From contig MU053557.1 in NCBI GenBank assembly GCA_013239625.1, positions 689,063 to 753,062 of the forward strand: a stretch of 64,000 bases of DNA, in the 5' to 3' direction. This document shows, piece by piece, positions 1 through 13,697 of the stretch. The notes under the pieces are model-generated. The model was given only the letters and a program-made list of their open reading frames with translations, was not told where the DNA came from and made no database searches. The position numbers were made by a program, and so were the translations under genes. Every line of letters begins with the position of its first letter. Within the stretch, counting starts at the first letter, position 1. The stretch is from Lama guanicoe (Eukaryota).

Positions 1-1036
1 GATTTTCACTTTAATGTCTTGATAGTAACAGTGTCTCACCTGAGTGTGAGGTAGCCCACTGTGTGCAAGCCAGGTGACCATGTGGGAGAGGCTCCTAGCT
101 AGATGCCCTTGTGAAGTAGCACACACTATTTTAAAACTTTAATCATTATTCTTCCGTTCTTCAATTCTTCCCTAAATGCTGGAGAATGAATGTTCTCTGA
201 GTGTAGAATGTTTACTGTTATGGTTACTGGAGAGTGTTACTATGTCTTAACCATAATGTTTTTCATGCACTTAGATATTACATTTTGCTCTTCAGATTTC
301 TAATTATAACACGAAGTAAACTCTTTTCCTAAAATGAGGATAATTTCATCTTAAAACAATCAGAGGCATGTGAGATCAAACTTAATGATTTTCATTCAAT
401 TCTGCAAATTTAGATCTGGAAGTCAAAGACAAACACATTTTTGCCTTTTGATTTTACATTAAACAGTCAAGATAGTTTTGACTCTTCCTCTGCAGCCCTA
501 AATCTGCAGAAATTAATGATAACCACAAATTCCCTGCTGTCTGAGATAATGGGTTTTTCCCTCTGGAGTAAAATATAAACATTTCTTTCTGCTTGCTAAG
601 ATTTTATTTTAGAAAGATTAACATTGTTTGAAAGAATAGTTGATTTTAGGTTTATAAATATCATTTCTTAGCTGGACTCTCTCTAAAAGCTCTTCCTGTT
701 AATTCCAAAATTGACTTCTGTACTAAATGTTATATTATATTCCCTTTCCCACTCCCTGGAAATTAAATATCTTAGCTTGACGTTAAAACTTTGAGAGAGC
801 CCTAGGAGATTAGCCTGAATTCACTGAGATATCGCTAAACTGAACAAAAAAAGACTGGTCTTCACAGACAATCAAGACAGCAAGTGCCTCAGAAAATGAG
901 CAAAACACCTCTCGTTTGACTGACTTCCCATGACAAGAATTAAAGAGAATTAATACTGACAGGAACCTTGAGATCATTCATTCCCTACCCTCAGATTTTA
1001 CAAGTGAGAATCAGAGGCCAGGAGAAGTGAAGAGAT

Positions 1037-1487
1037 GTGTTGTAAGACCTAAATCTCAGCGGGTGCCTTGACGTTTCTGACCTTGACGGGGCTCCAAAAG
1101 CCTAGCCATGAGTTCCTCTGCCCTTGCCAGGTGTGCCCTACCCACAAGGAAAGGCTGTGCACCTGGCTGGTTCTACCAGCCACACCAGCTATGCCCCGCC
1201 CGGTTTTACCTTCCTACAAGTTGGTAAAATTATTCAAACAAACCAATCATATACCCCTTGGGATCCAGGGATCACCCAAAGTCTGCCACCCAAAGTGAAC
1301 CCCCTGTGGGTTCACTCTTTCCTGAGCGTAGCATCCACGTGGACCTGCATGGCTTGCAATGTCCTCCCAGGGGCTGTGAGTACAAGTGATTAATAAACCA
1401 TTGCTATTCTCATCTGTCCACTGTTCAGTGTTATATGTTCCACTAAACCCTCCTTCGCCAACAGAGTGAATAAAAGGTGATCAGAAT
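1037..1487 (+). mobile_element. ERVL-class solo LTR, MER74-like
   Basis: ctgtgagtacaagtgattAATAAAccattgctattctcatctgtccactgttcagtgt...ccaacagagtgaataaaaggtgat resembles the MER74 3' end; CCAAT box at ~1243. Confidence 0.6.
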
Positions 1488-2281
1488 GAGGGATTTGATC
1501 ATTTGTGCTAATATGGCTAGTGTCAGATTCATCATTGTATCCTTCTGTGACTTCCAGATAGTAGATGACAATAAAGATGAGATGGTAAATAAGTGAGTAA
1601 TTATAACTGTCTAATTACAGCTCGAGCTCTGTTGGGATAGAGGGCATATTAGATGCACTTTGTGTCCCAGCGCTAGGGCATAGAATAATGCTGTGTTTGT
1701 GGTATGTATTCATTTATTTAGCAATTATTTATTGAGAATCCAACGTGTGCCAGTCACTACATGCAACAAACAGACTCTGTGTCTGCCTATCTGTGTTTTA
1801 AGCTTGAAAAAGTCCATCTGCCCTGCAGGTTGGCTGCAAGCTAGCCCTCTTCAGTCATCTGCCTGGAGGAATGCTCCTGTTCCCCAGTGCTTCCAGCTTC
1901 ATAAAATTACTACTGAGTTTCCATCCAGCCTGGCTTGCCATTCCTTGTTTGTGAACTGGAAGGTCCAGGCCAGGAAGAGGCTCTCATTTGCAGACCTGCT
2001 TCTTGGGAGAAACTTCATAGTAGCCTATCAATGGCTGTCAATGATAATGACCCCCCTAACTGAGAAGTCTTTATCTTTATCTCCAAGATCCCATATTCCT
2101 GAGAATTAGTGCACATGGGATCAGGCACTGAGGGATAGCATATCTTGGGAATCTTTTTTTTTTTAAATAGGTCAAGGTGGATCCATGCCAAAGGGAATCC
2201 ACAGAAGCACTTAATCTAATCTGTTGTCAGTTTATGTTCTTAAATTCTTCTGTCGTATTCACAAAGACGGTTATCCCCTGC

Positions 2282-3259
2282 TCTGGTTATCTATTGCTTT
2301 TTAAAAACCCACCTTAACCACAATGTTCATAGCAGCATTACTAACAATTGCCAAGGCATGGAAACAACCTAAGTGTCCATCAATAGCTGAATGGATAGAG
2401 AAGATGTGTGTATATGTGTACAATGGACTACTACTCTGTCATAAAAATAATGGAATTTTGTCATTTGCAGCAACATGGATGGACTTGGAGGGCTAATTGC
2501 AATAAGTCAGAGAAAGACAAGTACTGTATGTTAACACACATATGAAATTTTAAAAATACAACAAACTAGTGAATATAACAAAAAAGAAGCAGATTCACAG
2601 ATACAGAGAACAAACTAGTCGGTGGTTACCAGTGAGGGGGAGGAGATGTGGGGAGGGACAATATAGGGGTTATTAATGGATTATATGAAATCGCATGTGT
2701 ACAGCTTTTGAAAAATATAAAGCGCTATAAAATTTAAAGAATCTTTAATTCAATAGAATTTTTTTAAAACTTGGTGGCTTAAAACAGTAATACTCGCATT
2801 AATTTTCTTCCCAAATCTGTAATTTGGGCAGGGCTCGGCAAGGATGGCTCATCTCTGCCCCACACGGCTCCAGCTGGGGGGCTCAAAGGCTGCTCATTGG
2901 AATCAGCTGAGAGCTCACTCATTCGCGTGTCCAACTGCTGGTGATCGCTGTAGGTTAGGAGCTTAGCGGGTGCTGTCAACCAGCACACCTAGATGAGGTC
3001 TTTGCATATGGCAATAGGCTCCCTCAGAACACAGTGGCTGGACTCTGGGAAGAGCATCCTGAGAGACAGCACCAGTCAGAAGCTGTTTATCAATCACCAT
3101 TTCTACACCATCCTCGGCAGCCACAGAGCGTCACTTCTGATGCGTTCTATTGGCTAGAAGCAAGTCAGGACAGTTGGTCCATTTTCAAAGAAAAGGAAAT
3201 TAGACTCCAACTTTTGATAGAAGACTGTCAAAGACTTTTTGTATGTTTTAAAACTACCA
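2282..3259 (-). mobile_element. MaLR LTR (MLT1-type), interrupted by an L1 fragment
   Basis: ggttatctattgct...aaaacccacc | aaaacttggtggcttaaaaca...tgggcagggctcggc...ggatggctcatctctg...cacttctgatgcgttctattggctagaagcaagtca are typical MLT1 motifs. Confidence 0.7.
2318..2765 (+). mobile_element. LINE-1 3' end (ORF2 C-terminus/3'UTR), 5'-truncated
   Basis: caatgttcatagcagcatta...ggaaacaacctaagtgtccatcaa...catttgcagcaacatggatggacttggaggg...gagaacaaactagt...gtggttaccagtg. Confidence 0.88.
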
Positions 3260-4310
3260 GTCCCCAATGGCATCCAAATGGGAAAAAGGATAGCATATGT
3301 TTTCTGTTATAATCAGAGAGACAGGTGCATATGGGTATCGATGAAGAAATGAAGATGTGAAAGATGATGAAAGAATCCTACGTATTAGATCTTGACATGT
3401 GAGACTGCTTCAAGACTGGATATGTTGGTTGGTGTCTTGTGGTTCCGTAGACATGGCTTATTATATGCATTTAACAATGTTATTCAATTACTAATGAAGT
3501 ATTTTGTTTATATAACATTATGCCTCAGAAAAACGTGGTCTCTAAATCAAATACATTATTCATAGAATAAAACACATTTGGATAACTATTCTTTAGAGCT
3601 CTTTCTCTACGCATAATGATCTACGACATTTGCTATTTATCCCGATGCAAACAAGGACGACTCGTTTTGGTTTTTAGAACGTCACCTCACTAGAATGTTC
3701 ATGCCGTGCTCATTTTGCCCCCTAGTGGCCTCTGATGTTCTCCTTCTATATTTACATTTAATTTTCACATCTTTAGGAATGTAATAAGGGAAAGTACCAC
3801 TTTGTCCCTGCTGCCGCGTGCATCTCATTTTACAGATGAGGAAGTTAGACCCAGACGACTTGTGGGACTTGTCTGATGTCACACATCCAGCTAGAACTAG
3901 AATGCAATATTGCTGTCCCATCCCCGTAGGAATAAGCCCCACGAGGGCACAGTGGTCTTGTTCATTGACAAACAGGAACAGTGCCTGGCAAATGAGAGGT
4001 GTTCAGTAAAATTCGATCAGTGATAAAAATGAATGAATTAATCAAGATCAGAACCAATATCTTCAGAGTCCATGCTTTACACTGTTTACTGAGTGGTCTG
4101 GCTTTTCATCCTCAACATACATCTTTCTCTAGAGCCTGACACTTGATTCTATTTTACTCCACATGTATTTCAACCCCTTGAGCTACCTCACCCACCCCTC
4201 ATTTTGTCATTACGCTTATTGCATTAGCATTCACTTATTTGTCCCATTTCGGTGAGTACCAGCTGCATCAAGCACCGTGCTACCTATGGGACTACAAAAA
4301 ATTACTTAGT

Positions 4311-5116
4311 TTTTTAAATTAAATTTTAAAATTATAACAAATATATGTATTTAATCATTCTTAAGTATACAGTTCAGCAGCATTAAATACATTTGCATTG
4401 TTGTGTAACCAATTTCCAGAACTTTTTTACCTTGACCAACTGAAACTCTGCATCAATTAAAACCTCCCCATTTCCTGTCCCCCAGCCCTAGCCACCACCA
4501 TTCTACAGTATTTCTATACATTTGACTACTTTAGTTACCTCATATGAGTGGAATCATACACTATTTATCTTTGTACGACTAGCTTATTTCACTTGGTTTA
4601 ATGTCATCCATGTTGTAGAATATGTCAAAATTTCCTTTCTTTTTAAAGCTGAATAATATTTCACTATATGTATATAGCACATTTTGTTTAACCATTCATT
4701 TCATTGATGGACCCTTGAGTTGTTTCCATCTGTTAGCTGTTGTGAATAATACTGCTATGAACATGTGTTTGTTCAAGACCCTGATTTCATTTTTTAAATG
4801 TATTCCCAGAAGTGGAATTGCTGGATCATATGGCAATTCTATTCTTAATTTTCTAAGAAAGTGCCATACTGTTTTCTGCAGTGGACACATTGTATATTCC
4901 CACCAACAGTGCGTAAGTGTTCCAATTTCTCCACAACCTTGCTATTGCTTGTTATTTTGTTTACTTGATGTTAGCAATTGTAATGAGTATGACATGATAC
5001 CTTGTTGTGGTTTTCATTTGGATTTCCCTAGTGACTAGTAACATTGAGCATCTTTTCATGTGCTCGTTGGCCATTTGTGTAACTTCTTTGGAGAAATGTC
5101 TATTCAAGTCCTTTGC
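4311..5116 (-). mobile_element. LINE-1 (L1MA/MB-like) 3' fragment
   Basis: Minus-strand ORF 4696-4890 gives KTVWHFLRKLRIELPYDPAIPLLGIH (L1 ORF2 C-terminus); agaagtggaattgctggatcatatgg and gagcatcttttcatgtgc motifs. Confidence 0.9.
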
Positions 5117-5639
5117 TACAAAGAGACACTTTTAATGCATCAGTTGCTACCTCTGCATATAGAGAACTCTCAGCTATCAACATGATAAGACCCATTTCCC
5201 CCTTTCTTTTCTTTGACATACTATACCACTATTTATTTAAGATTTAAATAATGATGATACAATAATAACTAACACTTGTGTTACACCTGGACCTGTTACA
5301 TGCTAGCCATTTTCCTTACAAATATTAACTTACTTAATACTCAAAACACCCCTGTAAGGTGGATACTATCACTATGCTCAGTTTACGGGGGATGGCATGG
5401 AGACACAGGAGGTACCTGACTTGTTCAAAGTCACGTGGCTGCTGAGCAGTAGAAGGATTTGCACCTGAGAATTTGACTTCAGTCTGTGCACTTAACCAAA
5501 GCATTATGACTCCCTCTGACACCCTCTCAGTCTTCATCATAACACCTTTTAAAACACCATCTACATCTTTTTGTGATGTCTTCCTGGACACCTCTTCTAT
5601 AAAACCATTACATTTATAGAAGTTTTTAATATAAATTTT

Positions 5640-6010
5640 TATAGTTTGGATGGCAGATGAAAAATCAAATGCAAACTGATTGCATTGTAAGAAAGAATTC
5701 ATTACTCCCTTGGATGGCAAATCTAGGGTATAGCTAGCTTCAGATATGTTTGGATCCAGTGGCTCAAACAAATATTTATCTCCCAATGATCTCAGCAAAC
5801 ATCCTTAAACATCATCTCTTGGCTCTGATTAAGTCCCATACCCGTCGCTAAAATAACTCTGGTGGCAGGGCATACGAAATGCTGATTGATCGGCCCACAC
5901 CTGGAGTCATATGTCCACACCTGGAATAAAGGTGGCCTTAATAACACTGGAACCACAGAAACTCAGAGTTGGGGTGGGGAGTGGTCCCCATGTGGTATTA
6001 CTAGACACCC
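5640..6010 (-). mobile_element. Old MaLR LTR (MLT1J/K-like)
   Basis: gctagcttcagatatgtttggatccagtggctcaaaca...gctgattg...cctggagtcatatgtccacacctgga. Confidence 0.5.
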
Positions 6011-6139
6011 ATGTATATATATATATTTTTTTTTTTTGAAGAGGGAGTGGAAGACTGTGTTTCTCCCTCTTGGAACAAATATGTAAGTGAAATTATTGTT
6101 TTTAAAAAATATTTTGCTTCTACTGGTTTGAGGAATAAA

Positions 6140-6370
6140 AAGCTAATAATGATTTCGTGACTATAACGAGCACCGTACTAAGTATTTTGCATGTATTGCT
6201 CAATTACTTCTTACAAGAACTCCGTGGGGCAAATGCTATCATCACTCTGTTTTGCAGATGAGAAGACTGAGGTGCAGAAGTGCTGGAAGAGAATGCAGTA
6301 ACTCTCCTTCAGTGACCCAGTTTACATGTGGTGTAGCCAAGATTCTCGCCCAGGCAAGCCAACTCTAGGG
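6140..6370 (-). mobile_element. MIR SINE
   Basis: Core ttttgcagatgagaagactgagg with flanking MIR-like sequence. Confidence 0.65.
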
Positions 6371-9300
6371 CCATTTCTCCAATTGCATCATTAAGAGAGG
6401 TTGCTTGTCATGTATGGAAAATTAAGCCCATAAAAAGACAGAAGCATTCATCACTTACATTGCTGCCTGATGCTCACTGTCAGGAAAGACATCAGGGACC
6501 CTCATTGGGTCAGCTCAGCTTCCACTTAATAATTAGGGCTTACACTAGCCTCTAAAGTCTACAGGTATATAAGGAAAATATAAATATGTAGTTTATTGTA
6601 CAAAGTTTGTGTTAGACACTGATTAAAAAAATAGAAGAATGGCCAATGATCCCTGTTCAGAGTCTAAGGGAATATGATTAAAAGTTTAAAAAAATTATCC
6701 ATGCTATCAGAGCTGTTCATCATCATAAGCATTGACTGTTTTATTTGTAAAAACTTTAGTAACATTCTAAGTTTGCAGTGAAAAAAAAAACATAGCTGCA
6801 AAGTGTCTCTGAAAACTTTTTATCTCTTAAGAGAAAGCATAAGAGTTTTTAACCAGTTTGCTGAAGCAAGTCCCAAGCTCTTTTCCAAGTGTCCACATTT
6901 TCTCTTCAAGGCACTCCCAATAAACAGGGGAAGCATCAAAGGCAACATACCAAAGGCATGTTCAATTTTTAATACCTTGCAAAAAGTGATTAGGATAAAA
7001 GGGATTTTATGTTTTCTTTTAGAACCACCATACTTTAACTTGGTGATGAAAAAAGAATTGCACAAACTGGCAGTTCTCATTAATGAATTGGAAGGAGGAA
7101 GAGAATCATTCCGGAGCCAATTTCTCCACTAGCAATGTGATATTTAGCTTTTCTTGGCCTCAATCTCCTCAGCTGAGAAATGAGGGAAAAAACCTGGAAT
7201 AGCATTGCATCAATTCATCCATTCATCCAAGGACTCTTTTTTGGACACCTCTTCTGTGCCAGGCACTGTGCCAATGCGGGGGATGGGCTGCAGCGCTGAA
7301 CAAAACCAGATGGGATTCTCACCCTTGCAGAGCCGCTGGGGGAGACAAACTCTGGTTCAAACAACCGCTCCTCAAATAGTCAAAGGACCCCTTGGGACTC
7401 TTCAGTTCCCAAGTTCCATGGAACATGAAAGACTAGTCCATAAAACAAAAATCATCTTATATGTTTACATTGAGAGATCTGATAAATCTTTTATTTCTGA
7501 GACTGTGGTTTTTTTCCCTCCAGGCTGTGAGCCATGGATATTGCACATCATTCACGACCATTTTCTACCTGTCAATGACATAATGCATTGACCTGGCTGG
7601 TTATTATAATCATAGTCACCATGCATATTGAAGGCAAAATTTCAGATAATATTTCAGTCTTCATTTTCATCTCATTCTTGGAACTGCTTATTTTTCTCCC
7701 CCTCAACAGGATGAGATAAAAAATAATAATAGATCTTATCCTGAAGTCTGTAATAGCAGTTGTGATGTCAATGTTTCCTTCAAATAAAATAGAGTTTCAA
7801 AGGTAAGAACTAAAGGGAGACAGAGAGAGATAGGTGGGTTGTTTATTCTTACAGCTATAATAGGATGTTCCTTCAGTTCCCCCTTTCTTTCAGATCTCAA
7901 TTTTGTTAATTGAAGATAGATGAAGATGTGAAATGAGATGTCTTCACTGAATCGTTAACGACCTGAGGCTAGTAACAGGTAGACTTTTTAATTGCTCCTT
8001 TTTTACAATTCTTCTTTGGCAATTCTGCTCTGAATTGCTCCATGTACCTTAGGAAGGGTTGTTAATTCAATCTTTTGTAAAGGTTTTGGGTTTAGCTGTA
8101 AAAAAAAAAAAACTATCTTAGAGGTTCCACGTATCTCTCAATTGGGCTGAATGTGTGCGAGAAGGAGGCTATTTATTGAGTGCCAACTGGTAGCCCTGTT
8201 GAGAAGGGTTTTTTTGCCAGCAGCTCTTCTACCTCAGGGTGTGATTTCATGAACAGATATATGCACAAGTCACTGCTCCAGGAACCACGCCTCCAGCCCC
8301 ACGGGAAGTGGATGTGGCCCATTTCGCAGGCGGCACTCTTCCCCCTGAGCCCAGCTTATGTGTACTGCTGGACTGAGACATCATGTATCTGGGGTTGTTT
8401 TTCACTAGAGTAGGCAAGAGGCTCTGATTATCTGTAGTCGTTACAGGTTTCTGGCTCCTTGTCACAACAGCAAAGCTGTTCTGATGTGGAAGAGATTAGG
8501 CAAATGTTTGATAATGAATGTGTCCACGTCTTAAGATGTCATCTGGGTTTTTCTGTTGACGATGTGAGGCTCCTCTGCAGATTTTTCCTTCGGTACTTCC
8601 AAAGGAAATGCTAATAAATGTTTGCCTGGAGTCACTCCTAGATTTACTGTTCTCTAGCAGCAGGGAAGCATCGAGGCCAACTTCTCATGTTGGATTTTCT
8701 TTTTTCTTGTGCCTTTCAGTCGAAGGTCCACAAGAATGTAGTTAAAGTGAGTTTTAACCATTCACTTTCTGGTGGCGTTATGCCGCTGGAGGTGGGCTTT
8801 CTAACCCAAAACTTTCTCAGCCCTCTAGAGGATGCTTAACCAACAGTGGCCAGGCTGCTGCTATGTGGGTAGGACATTTCAACCTCTGGTAAATTTGTCA
8901 TTGACAGCATCAGTAAAGGATGGAATAGGGGTCGGAGGTGGAGGAAGGACAGGTGGCAGGGTATGTAACTGGAAAACACTGGATGGGGTGATGTGATACT
9001 GTTCTTTTCATGCCCCCAGCCCCGTCCCTACACACAAAGGTTGAGAACAATATTGAACTACAGCCTTGAAGAGCCAATCCTCCTACACAGAAAGGCCAAA
9101 AGGAAGATGAAAGGTCAACCATGTGCAACACAATCAAAGATAAGTCCTGGAGTCTTGCTGACACCCTTTACTCCAGTGTGTAACCTGGTGGCACCAGAAA
9201 TTTGCAAGCGTTTTTATAAATAGGATGAGTAACAACGGCATCACAGCATTCACTGAGACTTTTTCAGACCATCTAAATTACACCGGACACATGTTATGTT

Positions 9301-10269
9301 CACGTCTATTGAAGTCACAGTTCTGAAAGTATTTAGTGCCTTGTTCTTAACCTGCCTGGGGAATACATACTGTTTTGAAATTTGCGTGAACTCTCTGCAA
9401 CCTCCAGAAAATGCACAACAGTTATACAGAGTTTTACACACACTTGCATGGGATTCGTGAATTTTGTCAAGACTTTGCACGGACCTAGGTTAGGATCTCG
9501 ATGTTTAAAAGCAAATTGTGCTGGATCATGGAACAGTTTTCTGGTCTGAGTGACAATGTCACCACCTGCCCAATGCACAATGGCCTGGGGTCGGGGGAGT
9601 TCCTGTGAGTTGCCAGCATCCTCCCTCCTCTCTCTTCCTTTATAGTAGGGTACTGGTCCTCTCATTTTAATTCACCTGCTTGTCACATTCCTCGCCCTTT
9701 CCTGAGGGTAAATCGGTTGCTATCTTGTTATTTTTCTTCTTTCTCCAGAATGGCTCTGAAGACTTCATGTGGCCCATGAGTCAGAACCACTTCTTGCCGG
9801 CAAGATGAGGCTGACAAACCACAACCTGTGAAGAGAGACTGGGGAAATCCACCGGAAAGAGGCTTTGGAAGGAACTGCAGGTTTCTTGTGGGTAACCAGG
9901 CCCAGAGGGAGCAGTGAATTACATAAACACAAATGAGTATGTCTGCATTCTGACGGCCGCCCCCCCACCAGCTCCCTGCAGTCAGGTACTTAGTCACTCT
10001 GTCCTCTGTGTTTCCTTAACCCTGTTATACCTCTGTTATAGCTGCTATCACTGCAATGGAATTATTTGTTTATGAGTCTGTCTCTCTTACTAGACTATGA
10101 GCAATTCCAAGACAGTGTCCCCGACTTATTTATCTCTGTACCCCGATCCAGTGTCTGGGTTAAGAGTGCAGGCTTTGGAGTCAGACTGTCTGCATTCAAA
10201 TCCACATTCTGTACGTATGAGGAGGAGCATTTGGGCAAGATGCTTCACTTACCTGAGCCTAGCTTGCTT

Positions 10270-10340
10270 GTTCGTTCTTTCTTCCTTTCTCTCTTTCTCT
10301 CTCCCTTTCTTTCTCTCTTTCTCTCTTTCTTTCTTTCTTC
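10270..10340. repeat. CT-rich (CTTT/CT)n simple repeat
   Basis: ttctttcttcctttctctctttctctctccctttctttctctctttctctctttctttctttcttc. Confidence 0.85.
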
Positions 10341-12176
10341 AGTCTCCTCTGCCCACTAGTGCACAGCAAAAGTATCACACTAAGAAGTTTTATTGCTTTA
10401 TTGCTAAGAATGAATGAGATACTGCTTAGCACAGTGACCATCACTATAGACAATAAAAGACGGTACCTACTATTAAATGCATCATTATTACTTTTGACTG
10501 GTGAATGTCTTTCCTTACCAGAGTTCACCTGCCAGGAAAAAAAAAAAAACCAATCTTGTAAGCTGAAACTACCTAAGAACACTTTTCTCTCCTCTCTTTC
10601 CTTGTCCCCTCTGCCCTCTGGCTGCTAATGCCTGTGCCCTGCCACATGGTAATTGACATCCTCCTCACCCTACTTTATTTTTCCGCATCCACTGGACTTC
10701 TTATCATCTGACATCTACTTTGTTTAGTTATTGTCTGGAATGCAAGCTCCGTGAAGGGAGGGGCTTTGGCTGTTTGAGGTTTACAGCTGTAGCTGCATCC
10801 CTAATGCCTAGATTGATACCTGGCAGGTGGAATATGCTCAACAGTTTTTGTTCAATGAATGGACAAGTGGACACCACCCCCACAATGCACAGAGAGCCCT
10901 CTCACCCTCTGCTGTGGGTGAGCCTCGCTGACGGTCACTCAACGTGCACATTAAATCTGTGTGAGTCCTCACTTTGCCAAATAATCATAGGACATCTTTT
11001 CCCTTGAGTTCTCTTTCTTCCAGGATCGGGGTAGGGAGGGAAGTATTTTCTAAAAGTATTGTAAAAACTGACTAATAAGAACTTCAGTGTCAGAGCCACA
11101 GCCTTCAGTGGTGCTACGGCTAGAAATCATTGAGTGGTAGGTCCCTGCTCGGAGAAGTGAGCGAGGTGACGGAGGGTGGGGACGAGGCGGGGTGAGCTCT
11201 CCATCACTTTGTAGAAGTGGCTGTTGTTGAGAAACCCGATTCTGTCAGTCCTGCCCAGAGTCTCAATGACTACATTTATAGATTTAAGTCCAAACTCCTC
11301 GATGATGTTCCCGCTCTGTTCCTTCACAGGTGTCTTTGGCTTCAACCAAACTGTTCTTGTCCCAGTGTCTACACTCCTTATTCACGTGCATGCACACGCA
11401 TCTACTTTTTTAGCTGATTTTTTTCCCCACCATGTAGTACCTTTAGCTTGTGTTTTTCTAGATTCTACCGTTCTTCAAGGTTCAATGATAACATCATCTA
11501 GCTGGGTTATTTTCTCTAATTCCTCTCCCATTCCCCCACTTTAAACTCTGAAGACAGCCAGCTGACTTCTTCCTCAGTTTCTTTTAAGAATTTTTCTCTC
11601 TCCTTTAGGGGAGCTTGCCAGTCTCTCCCTGCCCAGAGCTTCCTCCAGACCTGTCCCCTAAATGGTCTCAAGGGTTGAAACTGACTCCTTCCTGCTTTCT
11701 GTGTATACCAGGCATTCAGTCAATGTTTCTGAGTAAGTCTCTGGGCATATAGCTGCATATATCTACTTCTCAGCAGGATACAAAATCTTTGGGGCCCATC
11801 TGATGCTAACATACTAACTGTGGAGTATTTTCCTCCTCTGGTCAATACAAGTGAACTACTTTCACCTTCTGAATGGGTGCATTCTGTAAAAGGCAAAGTC
11901 ACTAGTAACTGCTGTAAACAGAAGGCTGGGCCTGTATTTCTTGAGACCACAGAGAGAAGTGGTCATTCTCTCACAAGGCGTGGCAGGACACAGTGGAGGG
12001 GTCCTGGTGGAGGCCTCATTGCTGACTGGGCTGCGGGTCTTGAGACTTAGCAAGCAGAGAGAAACAAGCACTGGAAACTGAGGCTCTTCAGGATCCTGTG
12101 TACGAACAGGGCTGCTCTGAGTGACTTTCATTTTCTCTTCTTCAAGGCCTCACGTTGGTGCAGGAGACTGTGATAA

Positions 12177-12192
12177 CACTGCCCCCTTCTGG
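12177..12192 (-). promoter_or_regulatory. Predicted CTCF site
   Basis: Reverse complement reads CCAGAAGGGGGCAGTG, a close match to the CTCF core. Confidence 0.55.
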
Positions 12193-12949
12193 TTCTCCGG
12201 ATTGTTAGTGTCGGTGACTTTTCGAGACCGGTTTGATGATCCTGACATGAATTTTCCATTCCCAAGAAATCTGTGCTTAAGGCGGAGAGGAAAGGAACTC
12301 ACATGCCCCAGGTGAGGAATGATCCCTGGATGGGCAGGTTTTGTGGTGAGGTTTTTGTCCCACCACGTTGTAGTTGGGCAGGGCACTTCAGGGGAGCGGA
12401 TGAAGTCAGGGATCACGACAGAATTAATCCACCCATTTGTTGACTTGTGTTCTGAGGGGTTACGTTGTTTCTTCTAGTTCCTAGAACTTCCCTATTTCTT
12501 CCCTTGGAAGTTAAAGCACAGGCACCGGTTGATGCATTGTGGCTCTTTGATTTAGGCCGGATCCTCTCAGATTAAGAGCGGTTGTGAATGCTGGTCCTTC
12601 ATATATCAAAAGTCAGCACCACTTGCTGTGCAAAGCACTGCGTGTGAAGGACTTTTGAACGGCTTCGTAATGCTTTCATCCTTTCCTTTCAAGCTCCTTT
12701 TGTATAGATCTCCAAAGTAGTCACAGCATAGGACTTTGAATCTATCTCAAGGACTTGAGGCATTATTTTATAAACAATGGGACACCAATTGAGGTATCTG
12801 GGCAAAAGGTGGCAAGTCTGGAAGGATGACCCTGTCAGCTTTGTATTGAGCAAACTGAGATGAAAAAAGCGTAGAAGGAGGGAGAACGTTGGCAGATCCG
12901 TGTAATAATGCTGCCACCAGAACCTCCAGGATGCGTCTGAATTCTTCAC

Positions 12950-13697
12950 CAGTTTTTCCTCCTCTGTTGTCCTTCAGCCCTAGTCTGAGGCACGATCATC
13001 TATCGCCTGGGTCCCTGCAGAATTCTCTTTATTCTGCCCTATGGACAGTCTTGCTCCCCTACAAATCGTTATCCCCCCAGCAGCCAACGTCAACTTCAAA
13101 GAAAAGTAAACCAGAACGTGTCACCTCTGACTTTAAACCCGTCAGTGACTTCCCATCATTCTTAGAATGAAATCTACACTCTCATTTTGGTGCATGAGCC
13201 CCAGCACGGTTCGATCCCCGTGTGCTTCTTAGACCCACACTCTCACTTCTGCTCCAGCTCACTGGCTTTCTTGGTTCCTTGAACAAGCCAAGCTTAGTCT
13301 GGCCTCAGGTATCTGAGCCTTTTTTCTTGCTGTTCCATCTACCTAGAACACGCTGTTCCCAGAATTTCACATGGCTGACTTTTTGCCCTAGCTCAAATAT
13401 CACTTACTCAGCGTCTCAACCCTCGGTGCCCCATCTTCTTCTCTTTGCCCACCCACCCCAAGGCATCCTTTTCATATCACCTGGTTCTAATTTATTCATA
13501 GGCCTTATCACTATTTGAAATTATTTTGCTTACATATTTACTTGTTTAAAATCTGAGCCGCTTACCTGGAATCAAAGTCCCATGAGGGCAAGGACCCTGT
13601 TCACCTGTTCATCTCTGGGAACCCAACGCATAGAGCTCACAGCTCGATGCCACTGCTGGCCTGTGGTACATTTCAGTAACTATTTGTTGAACAAATG
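12950..13697 (+). mobile_element. L2 LINE 3' fragment
   Basis: ttcccatcattcttagaatgaaatc...gctgttccatctacctagaac...agctcaaatatcact...ccatgagggcaaggacc...tatttgttgaacaaat terminus. Confidence 0.7.

Noticed and set aside
4622..5038. 138-aa and 64-aa ORFs
   Set aside because: Decayed L1 ORF2/3'UTR sequence, not a host gene.
5334..5798. 154-aa minus-strand ORF
   Set aside because: Spans MIR- and MLT1-like remnants, starts at a non-ATG codon and shows no protein-family signal.
12612..12630. REST/RE1-like TCAGCACC (also at ~60944)
   Set aside because: Half-sites only; the GGACAG right half is absent.
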